A stretch of DNA of 64,000 nt from Hormiphora californensis (Eukaryota > Animalia > Ctenophora). The stretch is taken from assembly GCA_020137815.1 (NCBI GenBank), contig CM035350.1:8866001-8930000 (forward strand), in the 5' to 3' direction. A model generated the notes under the pieces. The model ran no database searches. It was given only the letters and a program-made list of their open reading frames with translations, and was not told the DNA's origin. This document shows, in pieces, positions 1 through 30,669 of the stretch. Numbering within the stretch: position 1 is the stretch's first letter; every line of letters begins with the position of its first letter. The position numbers were made by a program, and so were the translations under genes.

Positions 1-33
1 GACAGACACTCACCCACCTATCTCTCTCTCCTT

Positions 34-64
<31 letters not shown>

Positions 65-752
65 TCCATCTCTCTATCTCTCACACACAGACGAATCGTA
101 GGTAGAAGGAAACGATGTGCAGGGGAGTGTCATAAATCTCGGGCCTTAGGCCAAATAATATTGTGGTGATGCGTGAATAATTCGACTGTCAATGGGAGAG
201 AGAGTGAGTGAGAGAGAGAGAGAGATAGAACATAGATATGGAAGATAGATGAGTCATCAACAGTTCGCTGCTCGAGACATGGCGAGGTTTCAGGAAGAAA
301 CCTAATAGGATAGTTGTACCATAACGTGCCATAACATGTTCTCGTGTACAAGCGCCGTACCTAGCTATCATGGATCCAACTAGCGAGAAGAAGATAATGG
401 TATCTGGGTTTCCCGTCTTTATTTTGGAACTCTCGCCAGGATATGCATGTGTCCTATGTACTGTACAGAAAGACACTCAGTGTACATTTTACACTTAGAA
501 CGAAATGAATACATGAGCAATCGAACATCTTCATTCTACCTAAAAGTAAAGATTTCCAACAAACCGATCATCTGACGACCGACAATTCCACAAACGATAT
601 CAAAAAGTTTGATTCCTTAACAATTCTAACAGTATCTAAAAGATCTAGTGAAGGTTCTGACACTTATTGATGCGTTAGTGGAGCGGTTGGAGGGAGATGA
701 CGAATACACCGCACCAGTCATCCAAATCATCATGCTTTGTGGGTGAGTGACA

Positions 753-950
<198 letters not shown>

Positions 951-1165
951 TTGTTGCCTATCCAACTGAGAGAAAAAAAGGGCACCGAGTTTGAAGCGAG
1001 TTATATTGAGATCAGCTACATAGTAACATATTATTTGCGGGTCGATTGATTGCCAATATATCCGCAACTTAAATACCGCTATGGTCTTCTTTTGAAGCCC
1101 TTCCCCTCCGACAATCTAGACCCAACTCTGATAATTACGACCTAATGTTCATATAATATTTGCAG

Positions 1166-20171
<19,006 letters not shown>

Positions 20172-20745
20172 GTAAGAGAGATTGAATTTGAGTCTAACTA
20201 ATATTCTGTTTAGCACCGCCGAGTGCCGACCCGATCTGAGGGCACTCAAAACGGTCTGGTGCCGCCGAAAGCTAATATTCTTGTACCATATAGGGGGGGT
20301 TCCAACCTATTTTTTGTATGTTTGTACGGAAAAAAACAAGTTTTTCCTCAAACAAAAAAATACAAAAAAATACAAAAAAGTACAAAAAAATACAAAAAAA
20401 TACAAAAAAATAAAACGGGGTATAAATGATTAAACAAAGCTTTTCTGATCGTTGAAACTTTAGTTTATGATCATAATTGTGTCATAAATTCCTATTAAAC
20501 TGTGGTTTAATACAAAATTAGCAACTTTCTCTTATAATTGGATGATAAAAACATGTTTTAATCATGTTTTAATTGTTCTTTATCAAAACACAAGGAAATA
20601 TTCTATTCAATATTTTCGAAATCTGAATCAATGATGTTTACTTTTTCGAATTTCGAATGAAAGATAATAAATACACGACAGACGTTCCTAGGTGGTACAT
20701 TAGCACAAAAGGAACCCGTCCATGAACTTTTACTAGGGCACCCCC

Positions 20746-20845
20746 NNNNNNNNNNNNNNNNNNNNNNNNNNNNNNNNNNNNNNNNNNNNNNNNNNNNNNN
20801 NNNNNNNNNNNNNNNNNNNNNNNNNNNNNNNNNNNNNNNNNNNNN
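20746..20845. other. Assembly gap (100 N)
   Basis: Run of n. Confidence 1.
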
Positions 20846-21062
20846 CTGTAGGAGAGGTGATACGTATGGGGGTTACCCTGGTCAAAGCTCTCTGAAAGGG
20901 AGATAAAGTTGGCCCTCCGCCAAAAACAAACCCCCGATCCCCCTCATAACACATATTATACCATGTAGTACTTGTTTGTTTGTTTGTTTGTTTGTTTGTT
21001 TGTTTGTTTGTTTGTTTATCTGTTTGTTTGTCTGTTAGCTCTAACCATACCTTCTTCCCCAG

Positions 21063-21168
21063 GCAGCGTCTCGTACTCCAATGCTGGGCGTACGATCCTA
21101 AACAGAGACCCCATCTACGAGATCTCAGAGATTCAATCGGAAATATCAACGTCCTCCGTCGTCTTTAG
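21063..21168 (+). CDS. Terminal exon of a tyrosine-kinase/TKL-type protein kinase (subdomain XI); rest of gene in gap or decayed
   Basis: CTAAC..TTCTTCCCCAG acceptor then QRLVLQCWAYDPKQRPHLRDL..RRL-stop, matching the CW..DP..RP motif. Confidence 0.6.
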
Positions 21169-22259
21169 AACCATGCTGGAACTACAAAATACACACCGCT
21201 GCCTGCTGCAATTTATCAGACTTAATGGGATCTGGGATAGTTAGTTGTTAGGTAAGGCTGCAAGGGACAGCTAGGTCCTAACTTAGGACACATCGTGACC
21301 CGAGTGGGCAACAACTGTTGTCATGACAACAGTTGACATGTCAACAACAACTGTAATTGTCAACCCGTGACGGAGATGGTTAACAATCCAGGAAGACTAA
21401 TTCATGTAATTCATGTAATTATGGCACACGTTTCTTTTACAGAAAGAAGGGAAATTGTTTTGTTTCTGAGTTTATATTGGTTAGGGAGAGTTGAGAAATG
21501 TGTGCCATTAGGTAATGGGAGAAATTATTATTATTTGATTGGGGGAAAATAAATATTAGTTCTCTCTCTCTAACAAGATCTGTACAACAGTTTTTCTCCA
21601 TACATATATTTCACATTTATTATTTACATTTTGCTTTAGAAAACTCACGCCGCGTGTCTATTACTTTACAAAAGTTCACCACTTATAATCCGCAAAGTTA
21701 TTATCTGGATGCGCGGGGAGAGATAGCGGGAAGGACCTTGTGTGGTGAGGTGATGTCCCTGCCCGTGGGAGGTGGCGTCTCCGAGAGAGGAATGTTGATG
21801 TGCCGTCCAGAATGGACAGTGGTGGTCAGCATCCTAAGCAGGGTGTTGTGCTCAACCATTCCCGCGGAACTAGGTGGCTCCCGTCGGGATTTCTCCGCTA
21901 GGGAACTCTGTTTTTGTTTTGCCATCTGCAGTGTCTCGTAGTCGCTGGTCCTGAGGGGATAGAGAAGGGTAATTGGTGCCCATATGTATCGAGATATATA
22001 TGGTGGGGGGGGGGGGGTTCCAACCTATTTTTTTGTATTTTTTTGTACTTTTTTGAACGGACCATACATAAAAGTTTCCGAAATTCCTATTTTTTTCCAT
22101 ACAAACAATACAAAAAAAATACAAAAAAATATTGAAGGATGTGGGTGCCTGATAAAAGTATAAATAATACATAGCTGGGTTCCGTTTATGTTCATGTACC
22201 ACCTATTATATATATGAACGTTTTTAGTTCCATTGTCATCCATTTTCCTGCTAAAAGTA

Positions 22260-22425
22260 CAGTCGGACCCCGATTTACCGGGATGCTCGGGGGAAAGGGT
22301 TTTGCCCGGTAAATCGGGGTGCCCGGTAATCGGGTAAAATCTGTCAAATCCATATTCGGGAAGTTTATCCTCCCGGTAAATCGGGGTTCCGGTAAATCGG
22401 GGCCCAGTATATCGGGGTCCGACTG
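22260..22425. mobile_element. Tc1/mariner-like MITE, TA TSD
   Basis: TA|CAGTCGGACCCCGAT...ATCGGGGTCCGACTG|TA; internal CCGGTAAATCGGG repeats. Confidence 0.88.
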
Positions 22426-22499
22426 TACTAAAAAAGTATGTAAAAGTACACGTTTTTGAAATTCGAAAAAGCAAAATCATTGATTCAGATTACGATTAT

Positions 22500-23090
22500 G
22501 TACGAGAAAATTTTCTCAGTTGGAGATCACTTTCTCGGTACTAATTTCGATTCGGGATAATTTTCTCGTAAGAAATTGCGATTCGGGGAAATTTCTCGCT
22601 TAGAAAATACGATCCGAGAAATTTTTTCGGTAAGAAATTGCGATTCGGGGAAATTTCTCGCTTAGAAAATACGATTCGAGAAATACTCTCGGTAAGAATT
22701 GCGATTCGGGGAAATTTCTCGCTTAGAAAATACGATTAGAGAAAATTTTCTCGATAAGAAATTGCGATTCGGGGAAATTTCTCGCTTAGAAAATACGATT
22801 CGAGAAAATTTTCTCGGTAAGAAATTGCGATTCGGGAAAATTTCTCTCGCTTAGAAAATACGATTCGAGAAAATTTTCTCGGCAAGAAATTGCGATTCGG
22901 GGAAATTTCTCGCTTAGAAAATACGATTCCAGAAAATTTTTTCGGTAAGAAAATGCGATTCGGGTAAATTTATCGCTTAGAAAATACGATTCGAAAAAAT
23001 TTTCTCGGTAAGAAATTGCGATTCGATCATACTTTCTTGGATAGAAATTTCGATTTGGAAAGATTTTCTCTCTTAGAAGTTCCGATTATT
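22500..23090. repeat. ~62-bp minisatellite made of two ~31-bp subunits with internal palindromes
   Basis: GAGAAAATTTTCTCGGTAAGAAATTGCGATTC / GGGGAAATTTCTCGCTTAGAAAATACGATTC alternating. Confidence 0.9.
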
Positions 23091-23186
23091 CGTACAAACA
23101 GTTCAAAAAAGTACAACAATTAGGAGGTGAGAAGAGAGAAAGAAAAAAGAAAAGAGAGAGAGAGAGAGAAAAGAAAAGAGAAGAAG

Positions 23187-23218
<32 letters not shown>

Positions 23219-24776
23219 AGGGGAAAGAGAGAGGAGAAGAAGAAAGGGGGAAAAAGGGGAAGGAGAAAAGGGAAGGAGAGAAAAAACTTTAAGAGAGAGA
23301 GCTGGTTCCCCCCCCCCCCCTTTCCCCCGTCCACCATCTTGTGAAATAAAACAAAGGGGTGGGGGTATCTACAGGCCCCAAAGCTCTTACTCTAGTACGT
23401 CACACCAGTAACGCCCCCAAAACATAACCAAAAAGAGGTGCAAAAATGGAAAAAGGAGGAGAAGAGAGATAAAGAGACATTACAGTTCACAAACTCTTTT
23501 AACTAGAAAGTGCCGCTGCCGAGCGTGATTTCCTTGCAAGGATAAAAAAAATTTTCCTGGAAAAACTTAGACAGGAGACGAGAGGGGAACAGAAAACTTT
23601 AAAGGGTTTGGGAGAAGATGAAATAATGATCTGTAGAAATGTCCAAAAATAAGTTTAAAAATCGGAAAATCCAGCCGATCAACATGTAAGAAGAGAGAGT
23701 AGAATGGGGGGGGATAGAGAATAGAAGGAGGGGATGAGCCATCTAAAATAATTCACATTAATATGTGGAAAAATTACTGCATCAGCATGACATACGATGG
23801 TTGGATAACCTGCAGTTTTACAGGGAGTAGTAACTGGCCTATGAGTTTTAAGAAAGAACAAGACAGTTTTTATACTTAGACGATCTCTTGATAATAGGCA
23901 ATGTAGGTATAATTATAGGTAGTAGGATATTGGACAAAAACAAAAGAACTTCATGGTAGAAGCTTCTCAACTAGTTTGATCATTCATAGCTGGTAGGCAT
24001 TACGAAAGAAGAAAACTCATGGTTAATGATCTGTTCAAGTCGAAATACTACATCACGTATTCTCCAACTAATAGAGAAAGAGATCTCTTAGAGAGAAAAA
24101 TAAGGTTTCTGATTTTTGTGACGTAGATTTCAGTCATTTGCAGCAGTGTACTAACAAAGGAAGAGTGAGAGAAATGCAGAGGAGATGAGGCGAAAATTAA
24201 AAAGCTAATTATACTGTTGTTTCTAATTTGTCATGATTTGCTGCTCTTCCTGCAGACAATAATGGCCATGGCAGACAATAATGGCCGGCCATTTAGAATA
24301 TCAGTGCAAGATATTGAGTTAGCAGATATATCTAGAAGTTATATCTAGAAGATTATAGATCTAACCGTTCCATGAATAATCTTATTGTAGATCAACACTA
24401 TACACCAGTTTTATACCACAGTCACACATCTCACAAATGAATGACTGGTACCAGAATTCATCAGATGATTAATTGCCTCAGTTCACTACATCTCAGTAGG
24501 TACACGCCTGTATGGTGTGTGTGAGATGTATAATTCACACTATCATAATTGATCATATAGCTTCACACTATATAACAAACACGTAATGCAAAACGTTTTG
24601 GTATATTAGTTTAGAGTAGAAAACGATCGCTATAAATACTTGCCCGTCCACAGAGCCTAAAAATAAACGGAACTTATTTAAACCGCACGAGAGGTTAACT
24701 AGCGGGAAGTAAATCGAATAGATCTAAAGTGACAGTAGCAAGTTAGCACAGTGATTTTAATAATCCCATAAAGATC

Positions 24777-25637
24777 TTCTTCTTCTTCTTCTGGGAGGAC
24801 GCTGGCTAGTGCGAAGCACTAGCCAGTATGGGGTGGGTGCCATGTGGCTCCCGTTCCCCGTCCTGGGTGAAGTGGTTGGTATGTTGCCAGCTGCTTCGGC
24901 CCAATGGGAATTGGGGAGCTGGTGCCATACCAGGTCACAGGGGAAACCTCCCTCTAAGGGGTGGTTTCTGGGGGGTGAAGTATATCCATCGCCTTCTTAT
25001 AGAACGATATCGTTTTTCTAAGGGGTTGATGGTGTCTAATTTCGTACATGCTGAGGCCCAGCCTGTCAAAGGATTCCTGTCGGAGTTTCCAGAGGGCGGG
25101 GCATTCAGTGAGTACATGCTTTATTGTCTCGTCTTCCATCCCACATGCTGCACAGGTTGTGGTCTCGACTTTCTTTAGTTTTTTCAAGTGATAGTTCAGG
25201 TGGCAGTGCCCTGTGAGTAGGTGAGTCGCCATCCTTAGGTCTGATCTATTAAGTTTTTGAAGAGGTCTCTCATATCTTTCGGTCCACATCATGTTCATAT
25301 GTTTGGTATGTTTGATGGGTCCGGTTTTAACCTTTTCCCTGAGGGCTGCGTAGGCTGCCGCTTTGGGAATTGGTATGAGAGTAACTTCTTCGATTTCTTG
25401 AGCTCCTTTTTTTGCCAGGATGTCTGCTATCTCGTTTCCATCGTACCCTTGATGGGCCGGGATCCATCTAATCATGACATCGTTGAATATGGCTAGGGTG
25501 TTCAGGTTTTTGATAGTTTTTATCGCGGTTCTTGATCTGCATGTCGTGGAGTCTAGGGTCTTAATTGTCCCTTGGCTGTCACAGTTTATGAGTATTCGCT
25601 CGTTTGCCGTCCCTTTGTCTAGGAGGCTTTGAGCTGT
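24777..25637 (-). mobile_element. 5'-truncated non-LTR retrotransposon (RNase H-bearing, I/Loa/ingi-like group): RNase H C-half, CCHC motif, 3' UTR, (GAA)n tail
   Basis: ORF has CDSQ, WIPAHQGYDGNEIADILAKKGA and LTGHC..CAAC..ETIKHVLTECPAL; (TTC)n tail at 24777-24792; 8-bp TSD TAAAGATC at 24769-24776 and 25638-25645. Confidence 0.92.
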
Positions 25638-25793
25638 TAAAGATCGATACCATTCCGTAATTAAAAGCTGGACATATGTAATTAAAAAGGACGCACAAGA
25701 GGCTGGAGAGTTCACTGGAGGGCGGGATCTATCATGATGACGGAGAGCAAGGTCCGATCGATTTGTGACACGTATAGATTTGTGACGTATCAT

Positions 25794-25864
<71 letters not shown>

Positions 25865-26257
25865 TCTCTCTCTATAGGTCGCACATGATAATTGCGTAAG
25901 ACATCTTATCTCATTAATTATAATCACTGATCCATCCCTAAACCATAATGAACATGTTTAATTATATCAAATTCGCTAAACTCTGACGCGGTTCCAGCTC
26001 AAGAGGTGAGAGAGCTAGAGCTAGAGCCGAGGGGGATCAGAGAGAAATAGAGATATGAAGACCGATAGAGTGATAGAGTTGGGAGGTGTGTCTCATCACA
26101 AAATCACCTTGATGAATTAGACCTCTGGGACCTCAGAGTTGTGAATCCAAACAGCCACGAGATAGTCAGTGCAGGATAAAGGAAGGTACGGCTCTAGAGG
26201 TTTTATAATCGATAGAGAGAGCACATTGAGAACATACACATGTGTGTACAGCTGCTA

Positions 26258-26415
26258 GGGAGAGGGAGAGAGGAATATATATGGGACAAGGGAGAGGGAG
26301 AGAGGAATATATATGGGACAAGGGAGAGAGGAATATATATGGGACAAGGGAGAGTGAGAGAGGAATATATATGGGACAAGGGAGAGGGAGAGAGGAATAT
26401 ATATGGGACAAGAGA
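26258..26415. repeat. ~31-bp minisatellite
   Basis: GAGAGGAATATATATGGGACAAGGGAGAGG repeated ~5 times. Confidence 0.9.
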
Positions 26416-26592
26416 GTGTTCTTCTTAGTGTTTGCCACTCTGTACAAGAGCTATGTGTACCTTACCAAGCCACTCTATATCTCAACCACAAACATATCTC
26501 CCCTCTCTCTAGATGCAAATATGCATATATTTTGACCACTAAAAGCAGCTCAAGTTGTTACAGCTAAATCGGCTAATGAGTCTGACGTACAA

Positions 26593-26736
<144 letters not shown>

Positions 26737-27634
26737 ATTCAACAACAACTGTCAACAGTTCTGACACTTTGATTTTTTTTCTTAGTCTGACGTTCTCCTA
26801 ATAGCGATAAAATATGAAATTTTATGCTCTATTATATGTCTCTTTTTTCCCTCTCTCTCTCTCCCTTTCACTATCCCTCTGGCAATCAAAATTTATTCAA
26901 CCTATCCATATATCCACGGAAACGTTTAATTGTTCCCATCTGATCATACCAGATACGTAGTTCTAATAGAACATAGAACTTCCATGTACTAGTACTACGT
27001 AGATCTACGTAAAGCACTAATTCACAGATCAGAAAAATTTATAGCACTCTTTTTCTCTCTACCTACAATAATATTCATCTCTATTTCTCCAATTCTTTGT
27101 AATTGGGAAGAGCAAGATTGAGTGTGTGTGTGTCATGTGAGATGTAATAATTAGATAATGAACCCGTATAATGGGAAACCCATTATCATCCCATTATCAT
27201 CCCATTCTGGAAAGGAGAAGCATCTGTCGGGAGGTTCTTGTATGCTAGCCCAACATGACGGCCTTGTTGCTATATCATGCGATAGCTCGACGATGGTATT
27301 CTTGTTGACGTATGCTCTCCAGCTATAATGCCATTGATCCCTATAATAGTGGGATGGAGTGTGTCTGCCCAGTGCCCAACCAGAGAGTGGTTTTGCAGTT
27401 AGGATAGGAAGTATCAAATAGTACAGAGCTGCTAAACACAACAGTACACAAGCGAGAGAGAGAAGAATTGAAACATGGAATAGTTAGTACAGCAGTTGTA
27501 CCATTTCTACAATCTACACTGCTGCTATAACACTAGGGTACTGCAGCTCATTATATTCACAATTGGGGAGGGAGAGGGGAGGAGGGAGAGAAAGCAGCTT
27601 GCAGGGTTGTGCAATAGCGACCGAGATCGAGCAG

Positions 27635-28250
27635 CGACCGAGATCGAGCTCGCACATAGGTGTCCGCTCCGCCCCCTAAAAAAGGGTCGTGTCTTTCAAG
27701 CCAAATTGCACGTGATCCACTGGACCGATTTGCATCCGGTTTGTCGCAAAAGACTACAAATTGGTCCTAGTTTACTGGAAAATACCCGAGAAGTTTGTCT
27801 GTCAACAGGAAGTCGCTCAAAATTGACACTGAAGTCAAATCTATAATCTGGCTTCCGAGCCTTTTTGCACCACTCCCAGACGGTTTAGAATGAATCTGAG
27901 GGTATCAGAAGATAGGTTGAACTCTTGTGAGTACTGGAAAATACCCGGCATTAATAGCTGATACTAAATATTGCATCAACATATCTCCCAATATCTTCTA
28001 AATCGCATGGGCGTAGTGCAGAAACTCTCGGAAGCCAGATTATAGGTTTGACTTCAGTGTCAATTTTGACCCACTTCCTGTTGACAGACAAACTTCTCGG
28101 GTATTTTCCAGTATATTAGGATCATCTGTAGTCTTTTGCGAAAAACCGGATGCAAATCGGTCCCGTGGATCGCGTGCAACATCCCTTGAAAGAAACGACC
28201 CTTTTTGAGGCGGAGCAGACACCTGTGTGTGAGCTTAATCTTGGTCGCAC
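27635..28250. mobile_element. MITE-like element with ~225-bp imperfect inverted arms
   Basis: 27635-27860 is reverse-complementary to 28028-28250 (both arms give the LLENTREVCLSTGS.SKLTLKSNL pseudo-peptide on opposite strands). Confidence 0.85.
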
Positions 28251-28959
28251 ACGGTGTTTATGTCACCAAGTGTATTGGTACATACACTGTACTCACCTTG
28301 TTACTCAACAACACGCACCCCTTTCAGACAGTACCAAGATTGAACAACCAACTCGAACTCCTCCAGTCGCGGAGATCCATAAACACTGAAACGGAAGTAT
28401 GAGTAAGTTCTTGAGAGTTTAACTATAATTAACTGAAATCTGTTGCCAGACCCCGTTTTGATTCTCAAAAGGGCAACAGTGCGCCTCAGTCCTCAGATCG
28501 GATCAGCGCCGCCAGACTGAAACAGCATTTCTCTCCGCGCGTGGATTATTTGCGCGTCTACCGCGCGGCGCGGTCGTTAACATTACTTGAAAATGATTTT
28601 TTAGCAACTCGAAAATTTTTGAGTTTCTTTTTGACTTTTTGAAAAGCGCTGCCGCCTGCCTTATGGCTTATCCCGCGCTGCTATCGGGGGACAGTAGCGT
28701 TTGCCAATTTGAATTTCGAGATACGTGAGCAGAGAGAGGGAGAATGAATGTATGTTGGTTATTTATTGTTTTAACTTGTTAAGTTTCTTTTTGAAAAGCG
28801 CTGCCTTATCCCGCAGCGTTTGCCAAATCAATTTTCATCTTTACGCCATAAGCCGCCCGCAACCTGCCAGTGGGGCCGTTCATGGAGTCACTTGTATATC
28901 CTAAAATATCTAGAACTACTATTCAATTCATTTCCTACTTCCCAGCATAATCAGAAACT

Positions 28960-29537
28960 ATGGCAACCGCTTGCTCTCTGAAACGCTCCCACGGTGAAAT
29001 GTCTCCGGTGATGGGGAAGAGACAATGCAACTACCAGCCTAACGAGGGTTAGTAGCTGCTGTCCGTTTCCTCTCCTCCTCATGTTGTATTGCTATATTTC
29101 CTGACCCCCTAAAGCTGAACCAGGCTGCATGGTGGAAACCGGTGAAGAGAAAGAGAGATGGTGTTATAAGATGGGCCACCATGGCGTGTACAGGTTGTCA
29201 TATACGTGTTGCCCAGTCCTCTCCTTCAACTGTACAGTTAGTGTAACAACCCTGTCGGTCACCCTTACCACCCACCCTTATACACCCTTCCTTTTCAGAC
29301 TACATGAGGGCGTTCCAGCAGCAGCAGCAACAGGTCGAACCACCTAAACAAGTACAACAAGATGTGATGATGGAGGAACCTCTTCCAACTCCTGTTCCAG
29401 TGTTCACGTCCATGCCGGGTAACTCCCACCAAGGGCCTCGTTACGTTTCAGCGCCATATGTCCAGAGGAAGACCTGCACACAGTGTGTTACGGGCGCCTC
29501 GGGGCACATTAGCCATTCTTTCTTGGCACCCCGGTAA
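28960..29537 (+). CDS. Small 2-exon protein with C-terminal CxxCxxGxxGHxxH motif (C10orf143-like)
   Basis: Exons 28960-29047 (MATACSLKRSHGEMSPVMGKRQC..) and 29299-29537 join in phase 1; ends CTQCVTGASGHISH, resembling recalled C10orf143 CPRCIAGESGHFSH. Confidence 0.7.
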
Positions 29538-30233
29538 AGTTAGAAGCTCAACAACGCACTATCATTATATAACCACAAATTCAAAAGTGACAAACAGTTA
29601 ACAAAAAGAAAGAGTTCATTACAAATGTATGGGTTTGACGATAAACAATTCCCTGAATGTTATATTAACCAGTATTTGACATGATATTATATAGATAGTA
29701 TTCATTATTGTATGCCATGTTATTATTTCTCAGTTACCAAATGCCAATTAGGCAGTTCCAATAGTTGTTATTTGAATCATACCTCTTTCCCTGATTGCTA
29801 ACCCCCTACTACTTGATCTCAATGTCCGTGTCAGTGATCCCCATGTGAAATGCATAATAAACTGTTCCTCTCTCTCATGCTGGTTTCATTCTGCTGATTA
29901 CCCCCCTCCCCCCTTCCATCGTCATGTACATCACGTACAGCAGATTTTATCAAGCTCGATTCTATATTTTGCTGCGATCAGAATCACTTCGTTGGGAAAC
30001 CAAATCCTGAATCATCGCCCATTCTTTCCAGTGCAGTCCCCTACCTAATCATTTACAGCTTGTATCAGATCAGTATCGTGTGACGCATCTTGTCATCCAC
30101 AAGACCCCCCACAAGTGCATGTAATAACCCCTCTCTCTTTGTTACCTCACCTCTTTCTGTTCACAGCATCTCTCTTTTTGTTACCTCACCCCAATTTCTG
30201 TTCTATTTATAGCTGTGCTGTGCTGCATGAACC

Positions 30234-30581
30234 ATGCCGGGTGGACACCCTTATCAGCCGATTCCCCCTAGCAGTAGTCCGAACATGTCAGGAGGGAACT
30301 ACCAGGTGAACCAGTCTCAGCAGGAGGTTGATGAGGTCATGGGTATCATGCAGAACAACATCCAGAGGGTGATCGAGAGGGATACCAAGCTGACAGATAT
30401 CAATCAGAGGGCTGATCAACTGCAGGATGGGGCGAGCCAGTTCAAAACTACCGGCCAGCAGCTCAGAAGGAAGATGTGGTGGCAGAACATGAAGTTTAAA
30501 ATTGTCATTGCCGTCATTGTCATTGTCATTCTGGGTGTGTTCATTGGAGTGATTGTGGCCCAAACGAAAAAGAAAAACTAA
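30234..30581 (+). CDS. VAMP: Synaptobrevin/VAMP1-3-like R-SNARE, intronless CDS
   Basis: QQEVDEVMGIMQNNIQRVIERDTKLTDINQRADQLQDGASQF..LRRKMWWQNMK then C-terminal TM helix; zero-layer Arg present. Confidence 0.95.
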   Translation: MPGGHPYQPIPPSSSPNMSGGNYQVNQSQQEVDEVMGIMQNNIQRVIERDTKLTDINQRADQLQDGASQFKTTGQQLRRKMWWQNMKFKIVIAVIVIVILGVFIGVIVAQTKKKN

Positions 30582-30669
30582 GGAGAGATACTGAGAGAGA
30601 CGTAGGACTCGGTGGTGGTGCAATGATAGAGTTGTTTGTGTGTGTTTAGCAATTTATGGTGTGTATTAT

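Noticed and set aside
25638-25793. N-terminal part of the 279-aa RNase H ORF
   Set aside because: Lies outside the TSD; chance open frame in host DNA.
28960-28990. Akirin call from MATACSLKR
   Set aside because: Lacks the conserved Akirin C-terminal domain (ending SYVS).
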